64,000 bases of DNA from Eledone cirrhosa (GCA_964016885.1 OZ024743.1:57598001-57662000); one strand, 5' to 3'; counted from the stretch's first letter, positions 29,099-43,613 are shown. Numbers and translations: made by a program. The notes: generated by a model from the sequence alone, not told the origin.

Positions 29099-29528
29099 TA
29101 AACTATATATATGTGTTTGTGTCTATATTGTATCTGTAATTTTGACCGTTGGTCAGTCAATGGCAACATTGAGGACCGAATAAATTAGATTACCGATATA
29201 AAAGACACAGAAGCGAAAAGCGAAAACCAACCAAACAGTGAGTGTGTTCTGTTATTAATTCTGGCAATATTACACAAATATGACCCTTCCCAAGTATAAC
29301 AATATTTGTTTCGACACACGATTTCATATAAAATCCTCGCAAAACTATATATATATATATATAGGAAAAGGTCCCGACGGTTGAGCTCCTGCCGTTTCGA
29401 CACGTGGATCCGAATATGTAGATCCGAGATGTGAACATGAATGAACCTGTTATTTTCATCGAAAGACATTCTTTCCAATTCCAATTCAAACCCACCCGTC
29501 CCGTCAATTAATTTTATTTCTCATTCTT

Positions 29529-29564
29529 TCTTCCGATGAAGGACTAGCGTCCAAAACGTTAGGA
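29529..29564 (+). ncRNA. Degenerate copy of the 23555 hammerhead
   Basis: TCTT CCGATGA AGGAC TAGC GTCC AAAACGTT AGGA (core mutated); further decayed copy at 33600-33635. Confidence 0.55.
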
Positions 29565-30060
29565 CCCTCTTCATGCTTTTTTAAGTGATAACCTAATATA
29601 TTCCTTCCACATACTATACCATTTCTGTTTACCTTTTATCCACCCCACCACATATACATGTATATATATATATATATATATGCGTTTGTGAGAGAGTTCG
29701 CACAATGTTTGTATTTATTCATCTTAGAATTGTAACGATATGTTATATTATGATATTGCAATATAGTATATTACTATTGCTATATCAATAAAACTGTGTT
29801 ATTACCATACATTCAGTTTCAGTAGACGAAAGCATTAATATATGCACAGAGGCACCAACTAACAGACACACATACACCCATGCCCACACAACCACCCATT
29901 CACATCACATATAGTTTTACATCTCATATCTGAAGAAATAAAATAAATGTTATAGCTTATATTTCATATTTTGAAATTGTAATGACATTTATCCTTCTGT
30001 TTCTCTATCTGTCTCTTTTTTATGTCTGTTTCTCGCTCTCTTTCTCCCTCTCTCCCTCTG

Positions 30061-30115
<55 letters not shown>

Positions 30116-31664
30116 CTTCTCCCCCACTGTTCTCTCTTTCTCTCCCTCTGTTCTCTCTCTCTCTCTTCCTATCTCTTACTATTTCCCGAAGCAATATATC
30201 TCACCTTTCTCAATATACTCCTGTTTATCATAAATTCATATCAAGTAACGTAATTACATTTAATTTCTCAGATTTCGCTAACCATTATAATAGTTATTGT
30301 TATCGTTTAATGGCGTCCAGTCAGAAATATAACCGCGTCTCAATGGAAGATAATATATAAATAGATTGAAGAGCATAGGTCTTAATAAGGTTATCAGTGT
30401 GTGTGTGCAGCAATTATCATCTGCTCAATCTACATTCATATAGATATTGTAATTAGTGTGTTTCGCTGATGTATGATATATTTATAAACATTCATCAATG
30501 TGTAGATTGTGTTTGTTATCACTAATGAAGGAGACCCATCATTCATGTATTAATGTTATCATTGTAATCAAGCGTTTTTCCAGATAATGTTGTATAAATG
30601 TGAAATTAGAATGAAAACAGAAATTGCAAGGAAAAATTGGGCCAATTCTTTCTTTTCTTCTATACACTCTGTTATGTTATATCTGATTTGACTGGAACAA
30701 GGTGAAATAAAGAGTCTTGCCCAGCCCAGGAACCAAACTCACGATCTTATGATTGTGACACTTATATCCTAACAATTAGGCCACGCGCATTCATATGACT
30801 TATAAAAGATTAGCAACACACATTATTCAGCGTTGATCAGTTGACGATCTTCTATGGGGTACAAGCGTTGCACATATTACAGTTCTATCCACATATCATG
30901 GTTAGTGATGTTGTTATATAAATGAAAGTCTAATTTGTTAACACTCTTCTTACCATTACACAGGCATTGACGTGCAGACACTTAAGCTAAACATAAAATA
31001 CACCAGCCACACTAGTCTTTCAAGTTTTCAAGAAACGATGGATAATGTTACATTCTACTTTGAATTTAGAACAAAAAAAAAAAAAAATATTGAATATAAC
31101 CTTCCCAACTAACCTGTGACGTGACGTTATTGAGATCAATTAATCTGGTCTTGGATGCTGAGTTACTGTGTGTCAAAAGTTCCACGGCGAACTTTTACTA
31201 TTAGAGACGTCATCATGCATGGTCCCTGAACTCATGATGGAATTATGGAGCTACTACATCACATACAGCGTGTCTCAGGCATTTAAACCTGACCAAGCCC
31301 CTCACTATCGAGGTCAAAACACAACATATTTCCTCTAGACAAAGAAAGAGAGGGAATAAAGAATCGATCTCAATACTGGACTACCATATTTATTGACATT
31401 GAAAAGATGAAAGGCAAAGTTGACATATAACCCTAAACTCAGCGCAGAATTTCGAAACGGATACTACAAAGTATGCTAATCGGCATTCTAGCGATTATAC
31501 CAGTAAGATTATATCATCATGCTTAGTTATAAAAATACGACATACATTAATCCTTTATTGAATCCTTAATACCTAATACAGCCGTAGGCGTGCAATTATA
31601 ACATTGGCTATTTAAAAAGGGTGAGGTCCATCCATCTCCTGGTTTGACAACAATCGATTTCTTT

Positions 31665-31704
<40 letters not shown>

Positions 31705-32029
31705 CTGGGGGATCGAGAAAGCAGCAAGTAAGTAGAAGAATCGACGTACATCTGAAATGGTATTTCAGTTACATTGTTAAGTGAGCTCGAAACGATGAGA
31801 GACAAAGTTCACCACGACTGGATTTGAATTCAGAGCACAGATAGTCTGAAAAATAACTCACGACATTGTATCCAGCGTTTTAATGAATTCTCTCAATTCG
31901 CCGCCTGACTGACGATGGGTTTGCCTCCCCGAATCACCAGAGTGTGCACAGTGTTTTGTGGAAGACTAGCAGTTGCTCATGTATACAAGTCCCCGCTCCA
32001 CGACAGATTTTGTCCAAGGAAAAGGCAAA

Positions 32030-32200
32030 GTTCGAGGTAGCTTGCCGCCAGTGTCGTAACTCATTTTTTTCGTCAGTTGTGGACTAGAGAAACTGAAAAC
32101 AAATTATCTTGCATCAAGATACAAAGTGCCACCCAATTCAAGAATCAAACTCACGACATTTCTATCGTGAACCAAGCACCCTAACCACTAAGTTACGTGG
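32030..32200 (-). mobile_element. SINE family B copy
   Basis: Reverse tRNA head (AGTGGTTAGGGTGCTTGG..GAGTTTGATTC); similar fragment at 30690-30792. Confidence 0.55.
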
Positions 32201-33716
32201 CTTTACCACATACACACTCAATTTAAATCAGTGATTGTGCATTTATATATTGAACCAAGTTCCATGTATGTTTTGTTTAAATATCGTCAATACACTATTC
32301 AAATATTATCTATCAACGTTTAAAAACAGATTCCTTTATTTTTTGTTTTATAAGTCTATAAGATTAATATACTTTTAGGGTTATATTTGCTAGAGAGCTG
32401 TCAAGATTGTTGATATTTTCATATATGTCAATACTTACGCCATTAGTGAAGATGCCAATAAAATGTTTATCCAAAGATATACAGTTTTTTAAATACTTTT
32501 TACCATCAAGGAATATTTCTTTATATTTCTCTGACAAGCGGGTCAACCACATCAAAAGTGTTTACTGAAGCGGAGCGGTTATATAGAGAATAATTTTATC
32601 TAAAAATCTGTTTCGTTTGAATTGTCAGTATAATAAAACTGATCTTATATAATATCATCTTGCATCAAATAAATGGTTTATTATAATTTATCTAAGACAT
32701 TGATCAACTCAACAGTTTTATATTCCGGCATCTTTCTGATAATAGATATTAGATCCAAAGAAGAATGTTTGTGAAGTATTTTAGTTAAATGTCGCAAGAA
32801 GATGAAGTAGAAATAGTTTGACAGTGATATACACAATGTTATTTCCATTCTAGACAGGATGGAGAAGCGTTATAAGCCATTGAAACAAATATTTTTAGAT
32901 GTTTATTTCATTTCCAGACTCACCTCATCATGGGACTCTAAAACCTGTTGTAGCTAGTTGTGAATCAGTATAGAAATATAACCTGGCGTATAAATCATTA
33001 TAGACAGCCTCAGTAAATTCGTTAATGTAATCTGTATATAGCGAAAGTTAGTTGGATTCTCTTCTATAAACCAATTACCAAGACATGTGGTATATTTATT
33101 CATAGCAAGTCTTCCGACATCGTCAAAGATAAATTTATCACAGTAAAAATCCACCAAACAAGTATTTCACTTTCATAGAAACATTTCTAAATATATTCCA
33201 ATAACAATTTGACAAGAATTAACTGTCCTTAAACCAAATCCAAGTTTCAAAACTTGCTTAAATGTTAGGTAAATCAAGTATTCTTTAAAAAACTAAAAAA
33301 AAACTGTCACAGCATCAATTTCTAAATGATAAAAAAGACAAAAATCAAAAGAAAATAGAAATTAAATTTGCATCTCACACGTTAACAAGTCTTTTACGGG
33401 TTTGTATCTTATTGGATTTTTCTCCGGTGTTTTAATGCGAGGAGGCACAATTCTATCATATATAGGGGAGTTCTATCATACATACATTTTCCTAAAATGA
33501 CTGACTAAACACACAAATGCTTTTTTTCCAAAATGTGTTTTTCGTTTTTTCCTCTTCTCACTCTCTAATTTTAAATTTCTTCTTTTATTTCTAATTCTAT
33601 CTTCTGATGAAGAACTAATATCTGAAAGGTTAATAATCTTTTACTACACTATCAAACGTTAAACTAACATAGTTCTCCATTCTAAAGTATTGTTTCTTTC
33701 AATGTTTGTTTACTTT

Positions 33717-33759
<43 letters not shown>

Positions 33760-34094
33760 TAGTCTCCAGCTGCAGATAACTAGATGGTGATCATTCACTC
33801 TCTTAATACGAACATCCAGCACAGGATCGAAGAGATCAGAAAGAATAACAAAACCAATTATTGATCGCTGACCCTGATTCCCTTATACCATGTGTATTTA
33901 TGGATGTCTGTCTTGGAAGAAGGTGTTCATAATAGAGAGTCTATTGCTAGAACAGAAGTAAAATAAGGCCTCTCTATTCGTATTTAGATCGGGATCGCAA
34001 TTCCTTCCAATCTCTCCTTTTCATGTCAGGTTGTCAGTGCCCACATGTTCATTGAAGTCTCCCATCAGTGTATATATATATATATATAATATAT

Positions 34095-34700
34095 GACTCA
34101 GTCTTAACTACATTAAACGCTACAGTGACTTCATCAAGGAACGACCTGTATTCGTACTCCTTCTTTGCTGTATAAACTTGTACCAACCATAGAGACCTAT
34201 CTTTCAGCCTAAGCATTAAGAGGCAAATCGTCTATTCTAATGGGATCCAGTCCATAACACATTCTGAAAGCCAGGGGCTTTTGAGTATCCCCACTCTAGC
34301 CGGTGCAGTCATTTCTTGCGCCATACCTGAATAGTGGAGTTCCATTTCCATCTTCCATCCAAATCTACAGTATCAGAGCCACGTAACTTTGTTGAGGATA
34401 CCCTGACTATATCTATCCGGTAGCATCTAGGCATATCCACCAGTTCTTGCTCCTTACCTTGAAGGGATGTGACGTGTCAGGTTCCAATTGTCAAGGTTTG
34501 TTCCCTTCCGAACCCTCTTTGAGGTCTCAGGATACGCAATATTTGTGCGTCCATCCCACGCCTCCCAGAACAGTTCGTAGGCCCATCGCCAGTTTTTTCG
34601 GCATGAAATAGAGACTGCAATATATTTTTCGAACAGGCCGCTCTACCTAAGGCTACAAAACTGACAGGTCCAGGGCGACCTACATGATGCAGTTGGGAGC
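34095..34700 (-). mobile_element. Decayed RTE-clade LINE 5' part (APE endonuclease)
   Basis: LTIGT*HVTSLQGKEQELVD..YRIDIV..SSTK..LHYSG..VQVYT..SFLDEV on minus. Adjacent 34850-35250 may be RTE linker in the opposite orientation. Confidence 0.7.
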
Positions 34701-36783
34701 GTTGGTGGATAAGGAAGTCGGGACTAGCTATGCAGGTACTATTGAATCCAAATTCAGTGAACTACCCGAGCAAACTGAAGATGTTGATACAGAGTGGAAA
34801 TTGTTCAGCAGTTTCTTCTTCAGTTGTTAATTGCTTGGTTCAATCAAGAGGTCAAATATGCCATCCTAAACAAAGAAGGAGTCCTAAAAAGCTTAGCTTG
34901 GAAATAAGTCCTCCTTGTTGCACTGGCAGTACAAACAGGCATGAAAAATCGCAGTAGTGACAGTAAAGACGACCAAAGTTAAGATATGGACGGAGTTTGG
35001 GGTTAAACTGGAATCTGACTCAGATCAGCTAATAAAGTGTTTTGGTAAAGCATCCGCCGACTTCGTAATAAGAAGTCCTCCTCCACATCTGCTACCAGAA
35101 ACACGTTTGGGTTCTCGCTTTAGAGAGGTACACACTCACGAGGTGGAGAGAATACTTTGTTGATCTCCTAAATCCGATAACCACAGCATCTTCTGATGTA
35201 AACGAAGTGCATCGGGAAGCGGTGACTATTCTCTCAGAGGCTAGTATAGCAGGCAGTTGTTCAAGGTGTCACTCAGTGGGACTGAACTCATAACCAACCG
35301 TCATGTTTAGTGAGGTTGAAAATAAGATGTTTTATTCAATACTGCCTGAAAGAAAACGTTGTCAAAAACTATCTTATTTATGGTGTTAAACCCAGAGAAG
35401 TTCATGATTGTGAATCAAAAATTCGCTTTGTTATTAATAATTTCGAAAGTCATGTTTGTTCAGTCATGCTGGTGGCTTTTGCTTTAAAAGGAAAATATTT
35501 TTCTTAAAGGAAATTAAATCGAAATTATACATAAAAAATATCAATACTTAATATTACGTTACATGTTATATTCACATGTTTTTATTTCCTCGTGTATTTC
35601 CATTCAAATTGTAATAACTTTATTCTTCGAAAGCACGCGCCCATCGGGTGTTTTAGAATAATGGTAGAAGATCATTAGATTAAAAATGTCCAATATTTAT
35701 TAATTAAGTAGTTGTTCAGTGAATATCTTAAATCAATAAATATGACATTCTAAACCTCATTTCGTGTATTTTCTTTTTCAGTTTCTAATGAGACAAGGAA
35801 GCTGTGGCATAAATAAACATTGTTACGCTTTTAAAAGAAGTGTTTGGAACACTAGAAAATATAAGAGATTTTACTTACGAATATATATAGAGATGTCTGA
35901 AAATTATTGACCAGATATTTAGACCTGGAATTAGATGGGTTCTTTGGACAACAGACTTAACCTTTCACCCAGTTTAACAAAATAACCAGACTAATTGATA
36001 CCTTTAGCGGAGTGGAATATTTTGTACCCATTTAAACGGGTCCCCGTTTTGAAGATAACCAGATCTCATTCTCCAACCATTCTCAGAGGTATCCAAAAAC
36101 GTCATGGTCACTGTTTTTCTTCCCCTGACTGAACAATATATAAAAGGAATGGACGTTAGCTAAAACAGAATAGACGGTAATATTCCTGACTATTTATCTC
36201 ATTTCATATTAAAGAGTCTAACGATGACTATAAATATATTTGACCACTATAGATAACAGTTGAAAAAATCGTGTAAAGTACACCGGCAAACGGCTATGTG
36301 GAAATGAACGCGGCATCTGTCGGATGACGGGAGACGGTACTGACCATTATAATTATATATTTACATAAGCATATATTTACCCAACTATCATACAGCCATC
36401 TATTATACATTTGACAAACCTTATACACACAACCCGCCGCGTACACATAATGAGATAATGGGAGGTAGATATAATCTCTCCCTCGGTTAAACATCATTGG
36501 CTATTCCTTGGGTGGCTTTATCAAAGTCTACTCAATTGCAAGTATTTAGACGAGGTCTCCGGAGTGCTTATACGTTTCTTCCTTCTTTTCATCAGTTATG
36601 GAGGTATTATTTGTTAAAGGAAAGATGCGTGACAACCGGTTGGATAGTTTTGCTGATTAGAGCGAGCTTATCAAATTAATTAAATTTTCATTTCTAGCTC
36701 GATAACCTGTCGTAAGCGAAATAGACCGGTCAATTGCCCCAAATAAGGTCTTTGTCAATCAATTTATCTATACATGCTACATC

Positions 36784-36842
<59 letters not shown>

Positions 36843-37788
36843 GTATGTATATATGTATATATACATATATATATATATGAGAATGGAGGCGGTAAAAACC
36901 AGTTAGACCATATATATATATATATATATATTTATAATTTCTTAAAGTTAACTTATATACACATACATATTTCCATAGACCTTGCTATAAAATGAATTCT
37001 ATAGTTGAAGTAGAAGAAACTATACCCCCAGCTATGATACGAAGGATAGAAGAAAGAAGATAATATATTTCTTCAATGTAACGGTTTAATTATCAGTTGG
37101 TCAGCCTAATAAACTCCACCACAGATTAAAACAGAGTTAACCAATCAATGGTGATTTGATGTCCAAACAATGATAAAATTATCGTAACGTCGCTTCAGGT
37201 GTTAAGCAAAGTGAAGCGGCGCTAAATTAGATCAATGTTTCTCTGTGACTTGATTGACTTACATAATTGTTATAGCTGACAACATGGAAACATTCCTTCA
37301 GCATGTGACTTTCTTGCAAACATTACGGATGATTTCCAAAATAATAATTTCATTAAATATTTTCTCTTCTGCTGAAGTTTGTGAAAGATAATAGGAAAAT
37401 AAGCGAAATTTGATCAGCAGAGTTCTTTGACGTGATCGGTGCTAATTTTGCTTAATTCACTTTGGTCCTTATTAGTTCAACTGTATTCATTCCAGCTGAC
37501 AGAACCTGTTAAAAAAATGAAAGTTATTAAAAAAACAAATCCAACAAAAATCAAAAACAAACAAACAAACTAACGAACACCGAAGAACAAATCTCATTTC
37601 AACGGAAATTAACTTAAATCACTAATTATATCGATCATCTCAGTGCATCACCATTATTACTACAAGCACCAATCACTCCCCGCACATATACACATTTATA
37701 CATATTTATACACCCGCACGCACACGCACACACACTCACATACACACATATAAATACACGTTCATACAGATTTTCATTTCATATATGC

Positions 37789-37878
<90 letters not shown>

Positions 37879-38494
37879 TTATGCAGGCATATATTAGAGA
37901 GAGATATGAGGGGAAGGGGTAAGAGAAAAAGAGATGTTTGTATCCCAAATATGTAATCATAAAAGGCGTAGTCCACCTTCGTAGCATGAGATAATTAACG
38001 AGTGTTTGTCTTAAATACAGAGTTCAGTTGAGAGCATGGAAGTGACGATAGAAATATAAGTAAAGACTTGTGTGATAAACTTGTTACTGTACACCGCTGC
38101 TGGATGCGGAGTTGGATGTCTTATCAAGCGCAGAAACACACTGCGACACCGTACCTATGCTAGTCCATCCACCGATGTAGGTAACGAAACTCTTGCTCAA
38201 TAGTACGAAAATTAGGTGATTCTTATGTAGTGACTGAATGCTTGATTTTATTGCATGGCCAACCCTCCCTGAATTAGATGTACATTCACGTTATCTCGTG
38301 AGTCAGTTGTAGTGACTCATATGTTCAACAGCCTCCGATAATTGCCACGGATGTATTTCCCTTTCGTTACATGGAAGACAAAAGAGAAAAAATATATAAA
38401 TAGTTAAACGTGAAAAATTATGTAAGCAATGCTTACGTATTCGAATAAAGAGCGAAGCACCATAATTAAAGTAGATTTTTCAAGAGAATATGTT

Positions 38495-38645
38495 TCTGCC
38501 CGTCGGTAGAGTCGTTAGAAATTGGGATAGAATGCGCCGTGACACTTGTTTCATATCAAAGTTCTAAGTTCAAATCCTGCCGATGTCAGCATTGCCTTCC
38601 ATATTTTTGAGGTCAATAAATAAAGCACGAGCCCAGTATGAGGTT
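38495..38645 (+). mobile_element. SINE family A copy
   Basis: AAGTTCAAATCCTGCCGATGTCAGCATTGCCTTCCAT..GAGGTCAATAAATAAAG. Confidence 0.55.
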
Positions 38646-39679
38646 CTATATCCTCTCACTCTAAATTTCTCTTCTCGTTTTTTTGTCTGGAGGAAATCGG
38701 CTGTTCTCAGATTTCAAATGAGTAAGACCCGTCGTGTATTACGAAGCCCCCCCCCCCCCGCCCCTACGAATCCACCAAAAGTTAAGGGCTTACAATCATA
38801 ATATCGTGGGTTAGATTGCTTGATAGAGTGTTACGTTGGGAATTAAGCAAAATATTTCATTTCACATTGTTCTAGTCAACTAAGGAAAAAATAAGTATCA
38901 TCATCATCATCATCATCATCAACACCATCATCATCAACACCATCAGTATCATCATCATCATCATCATCATCATCACCATCATCATCACCACCAGCATCAC
39001 CACCATTATCATCAACAGCTACGCGTTAAATCTGTGATGAACTGGCATCCTGTACAGTGTGAGGGTTGAACTCTCAGTTGCTTAACGTCAATGAAACAGG
39101 GATAATTTCCAGTCCGATGAATCTCCGGGCGTTTGACAGAATTTAGATATTTTAATTAACTAAAAGAAGAAGAAGAAGAACTAATTTTATTATACTGATA
39201 CTGCAAGATACTGGAGGAGTTGATTTATACTAAACGCAACCTCTGTGAAAACAGCTAATTGTTGAAATAGGGGTTTCGCTTTTGCAATATTTTCTGTGTT
39301 GTAAAAGTTATTCTAATCTTGTTGATGTTTATTACTGAAGATAAAACTGTCTTGAGAGATAATGCCAGAATCTGAATCTAATCTCGTAATTTTCACCTGC
39401 TCTCCGCTTCTCTTTATTAACTATCCTCAGGTAACTCAGAAGATATAAAATTTGTAATGGCTGATTTATCTCTGCTATTCATCTAAATTTCAGCAGGAGA
39501 AAGATAACTGTACATAATGAGGTAAACATAAATACTTTTTATTAACACATATATACATAGAGACAAATGTTCGTTTACACTTAAGTAGAATATCTATGCT
39601 ATGCTATGCTATGCTATGCTATACTATGCTATGCTATTCTATGCTATGCTACGCTATGTATGCATGTATGTATGTATGT

Positions 39680-40094
39680 TTTCTCTTTCTCTTAATTTCG
39701 AGTATATTTTTTTGACCGGCCACCTTCCTGGTGGCAAGGTTGTAAAAGAAAAGAAATTGTCATCCCTTGAATCGCAAGAATGTTTTGCATATTTCGAAGG
39801 TGCCAGCTATCGCAGCCATTTGTAGACTATGAATTAGGGAGCTGCGCTTTTTGTCCGCAAATCCAAGTTCGGTCATACTTTGGTCCAAGCGGGTTGGTAT
39901 ATAACCCGTAGCACCAATAATGATGGGTATGAAGCTAAAGGTGTATCTTGGATACTGGATTTGTAAGCTCCTCATCAATGGTCCGTAGATGTCCTCCTTC
40001 TCCTGTATTTTTCTGACAACGTTTACATCAAGTGGGCAGCTGATCTCCACAACAGAACACGTTTTCAATGTGTGGTCCCAAACTACAATATCAG
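39680..40094 (-). mobile_element. 5'-truncated RLE-type LINE 3' end inserted in (CATA)n
   Basis: DIVVWDHTLKTCSVVEISCPLDVNVVRKIQEKEDIY..IPIIIGATG RLE domain (39760-40094); (TATG)n on both sides. Confidence 0.8.
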
Positions 40095-40389
40095 TATGTA
40101 TGTATGTATGTATGTATGTATGTATGTATGTATGTATGTATGTATGTATGTATGTATGTATGTATGTATGTGAAGATATTTTTTAAAGTGACGAAAGACT
40201 GTGCACAGATTGGCTCAGTGCACAGTCTTTCGTCACTTTAAAAAATATCTTCACGCACAGGCATTGCACGATAGAATTAATTAATTATTATTAATAATGG
40301 TATATCGTGCAATGGCCATACTCGATAACGAGGGGGCAGCCATCATGTATGTATGTATGTATGTAGGAAAACTCTGTATGTATGTATGA

Positions 40390-40752
40390 AGGAAAACTCT
40401 GATATAACACCTGCAACCCTGATGGATTCCAATGATGTTGACTTGTTCTTGTTTTTTGTAAATATCATCTTGGTTAAAAGAGTGGGACAGGCTTTGTGCA
40501 GTGCCGTTGCTCACTATAAAAGCTTCACGGCACAGGCATTGCTTTATAACTAGAGATCTCTCTGCACTTGTCATCACATGGTGCCATGGGCCCAGCACTA
40601 TGTGTCAATAATTGTCACAAGTGTAGTGTTTGTACCAGAGTTTTCAAGTCGCTGGCTGGACTAAAAATCACACTCGTTCAGCGCATCGGTAGGGGTTCTC
40701 CTACGTGGATATAAAATAGTGGCCGTACTCGAAAACGAGTTGGCAGCCACCA
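40390..40752 (+). mobile_element. Non-autonomous RTE derivative, 5'-truncated
   Basis: Matches the 3' ~360 bp of 42351-42960. Confidence 0.75.
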
Positions 40753-40758
40753 TATATG

Positions 40759-40837
<79 letters not shown>

Positions 40838-41134
40838 GTATATGTATATATGTATGTATGTATATATATATATGTATGTATATGTGTATATATATGTGTA
40901 TGTATACGTATATATATGTATGTATGTATATATATGTATGTATATGTATATATATATATGTATCTATATGTATGTGTGTGTGTATGTATATATATATATA
41001 TGTATGTATGTATATGTATATATATGTATGTATATATATATATGTGAATGTATGTATATATATATGTGTGTATATACATATATATGTGTATGTATATATA
41101 TATATATGTGTGTATGTATATATATATGTGTATG

Positions 41135-41167
<33 letters not shown>

Positions 41168-41740
41168 ATATATATATATATGTGTATGTATATATATATA
41201 TATGTGTATGTATATATATATATATATGTATGTATATGTATGTATGTATGTATGTACGTATGTATGTATGTATGTATGTATGTATGTATGTATGTATGTA
41301 TGTATGTATGTATATGTATGTGTGTATATATATAAAAATGTATGTATATATATGTGAATGTATGTATATATATATATGTGTGTATGTATATATATATGTG
41401 TGTATGTATATATATATATGTGCATGTATGTATGTATATGTGTATGTATATGTATATATGTGTATGTATATGTGTATATATATGTGTGTATGTATGTATA
41501 TATATATATGTATGTATATATATATATGTGTATGTATATATATATGTGTATGTATATATATATGTGTGTATGTATATATATATATGTATATATGTATGTA
41601 TATGTGTATATATATATATGTACGTATATATGTATGTATATATATATATATGTATGTATATATATATATATGTATATATATATAAATATGTATGTATATG
41701 TATGTGTGTATGTATATATACATATGTATATATATATACG

Positions 41741-41775
<35 letters not shown>

Positions 41776-41997
41776 GTGTATATATGTATATGTATATATG
41801 TATGTATGTATATGTGTGTATATGTATATATGTATGTATATATATATATATATATGTGTGTATGTATATGTGTATATGTATATATATATATTTATATATG
41901 TATATGTATATATATACATGTATGTATGTATATGTATGTATGTATATATATATATATGTATATATGTATGTATATATATATATGTATATATACATAC

Positions 41998-42031
<34 letters not shown>

Positions 42032-42182
42032 ATATATGTATGTATATGTGTGTATATATATATGTATATATATGTGTATATATGCATATATATATATATA
42101 TGTATGTATGTATATGTATATGTATGTATGTATGTATATGTGTATATATATATATGTATATATATGTATATATATATATGTA

Positions 42183-42218
<36 letters not shown>

Positions 42219-42350
42219 TGTATGTATGTATGTATGTATGTATGTATGTATATGTATGTATATATATATATGTATGTATGTATGTATATATGTGTATATA
42301 TATATATGTATGTATGTATATATATGTATATATTTATATGTATGTATGTA
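40753..42350. repeat. 1.6-kb compound (TA)/(TATG)/(TG) microsatellite
   Basis: Direct inspection; source of the long IY/HT-rich spurious ORFs. Confidence 0.95.
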
Positions 42351-42960
42351 TGTCAGGTCACCAGTTGGTGCTACTGGTAACATGTATTCCAGTACAACCC
42401 GTCCCATGGTCGGGTCGTTAGCGACTAAACTGGCAACCCCACCAAGGTTTCTTGGTGAGGAGGGTGACTTTGGACATCCTGCAGGACTAAAAACAAAACC
42501 TGTCAAAGGGCAAAGGAGCTCTTCAGAGTCAATGGCCATCCAAAATCACCGGGAGAGATGACCCCTTAGCCTTTATCAAGGCAGAATTCTAGGAGAAGGA
42601 AAACTCTGATATAACACCTGCAACCCTGATGGTATCCAATGATGTTGACTTGTTCTTGTTTTTGGTAAATATCATCTTGGTTAAGAGAGTGGGACTGACT
42701 TTGTGCAGTGCCTTTGCTCACTATAAAAGCTTCACTGCACAGGCATTGCTTTATATCTGGAGATCTCTGCACTTGTGGTCACATGGTACCATGGGCCCAG
42801 CACTATGTGTCAATAATTGTCACAAGTGTAGTGTTTGTACCAGAGTTTTCAAGTCGCTGGCTGGACTAAAAAGTCGCACTCGTTCAGCGCATCGGTAGGG
42901 GTTCCCCTACATGGATATAAAGTAGTGACCGTACTCGAAAACGAGTTGGCAGCCACCATG
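42351..42960 (+). mobile_element. Non-autonomous RTE derivative, full-length
   Basis: RTE-type 5' UTR motif, [20 protein letters not shown] and TGTA tail; further copies at 43138-43548 and 46019-46362. Confidence 0.78.
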
Positions 42961-43012
42961 TATATATGTATGTATATAAGTATATATATATATGTATATA
43001 TATATATATGTA

Positions 43013-43058
<46 letters not shown>

Positions 43059-43545
43059 TGTATGTATATATATGTATATATGTATATGTATGTATGTATG
43101 CATATATGTATATATGTATATATGTATATATATATATGGGAGAGATGACCCCTTAGCCTTTGTCAAGGCAGAATTCTAGGAGAAGGAAAACTCTGATATA
43201 ACACCTGCAACCCTGATGGTATCCAATGATGTTGACTTGTTCTTGTTTTTTGTAAATATCATCTTGGTTAAAAGAGTGGGACTGGCTTTGTGCAGTGCCT
43301 CTGCTCACTATAAAACCTTCACGGCACAAGCATTGTTTTATATCTGGAGATCTCTCTGCACTTGCATCACATGGTACCATGAGCCCTGCACTATGTGTCA
43401 ATAATTGTCACAAGTGTAGTGTCTGTACCAGAGTTTTCAAGTCGCTGGCTGGACTAAAAAGTCACACTCGTTCAGCGCATCGGTAGGGGTTCTCCTACAC
43501 GGATAAAAAGTAGTGGCCGTACTCGAAAACGAGTTGGCAGCCACC

Positions 43546-43613
<68 letters not shown>

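Larger units (their letters stand above)
26402..29298. mobile_element. Penelope-like element (Naiad-like) in head-to-head inverted configuration with ~1.1-kb arms
   Basis: 26402-27500 (-) mirrors 28205-29298 (+). The centre holds an RT N-terminal fragment on minus and the RT C-terminus on plus. An HHR lies in both 3' UTRs. Confidence 0.88.

Noticed and set aside
40678-42561. Long ORFs of 200-470 aa (IY/HT/MYV-rich), and similar ORFs throughout
   Set aside because: Translations of (TA)n/(TATG)n microsatellites, which lack stop codons by composition.
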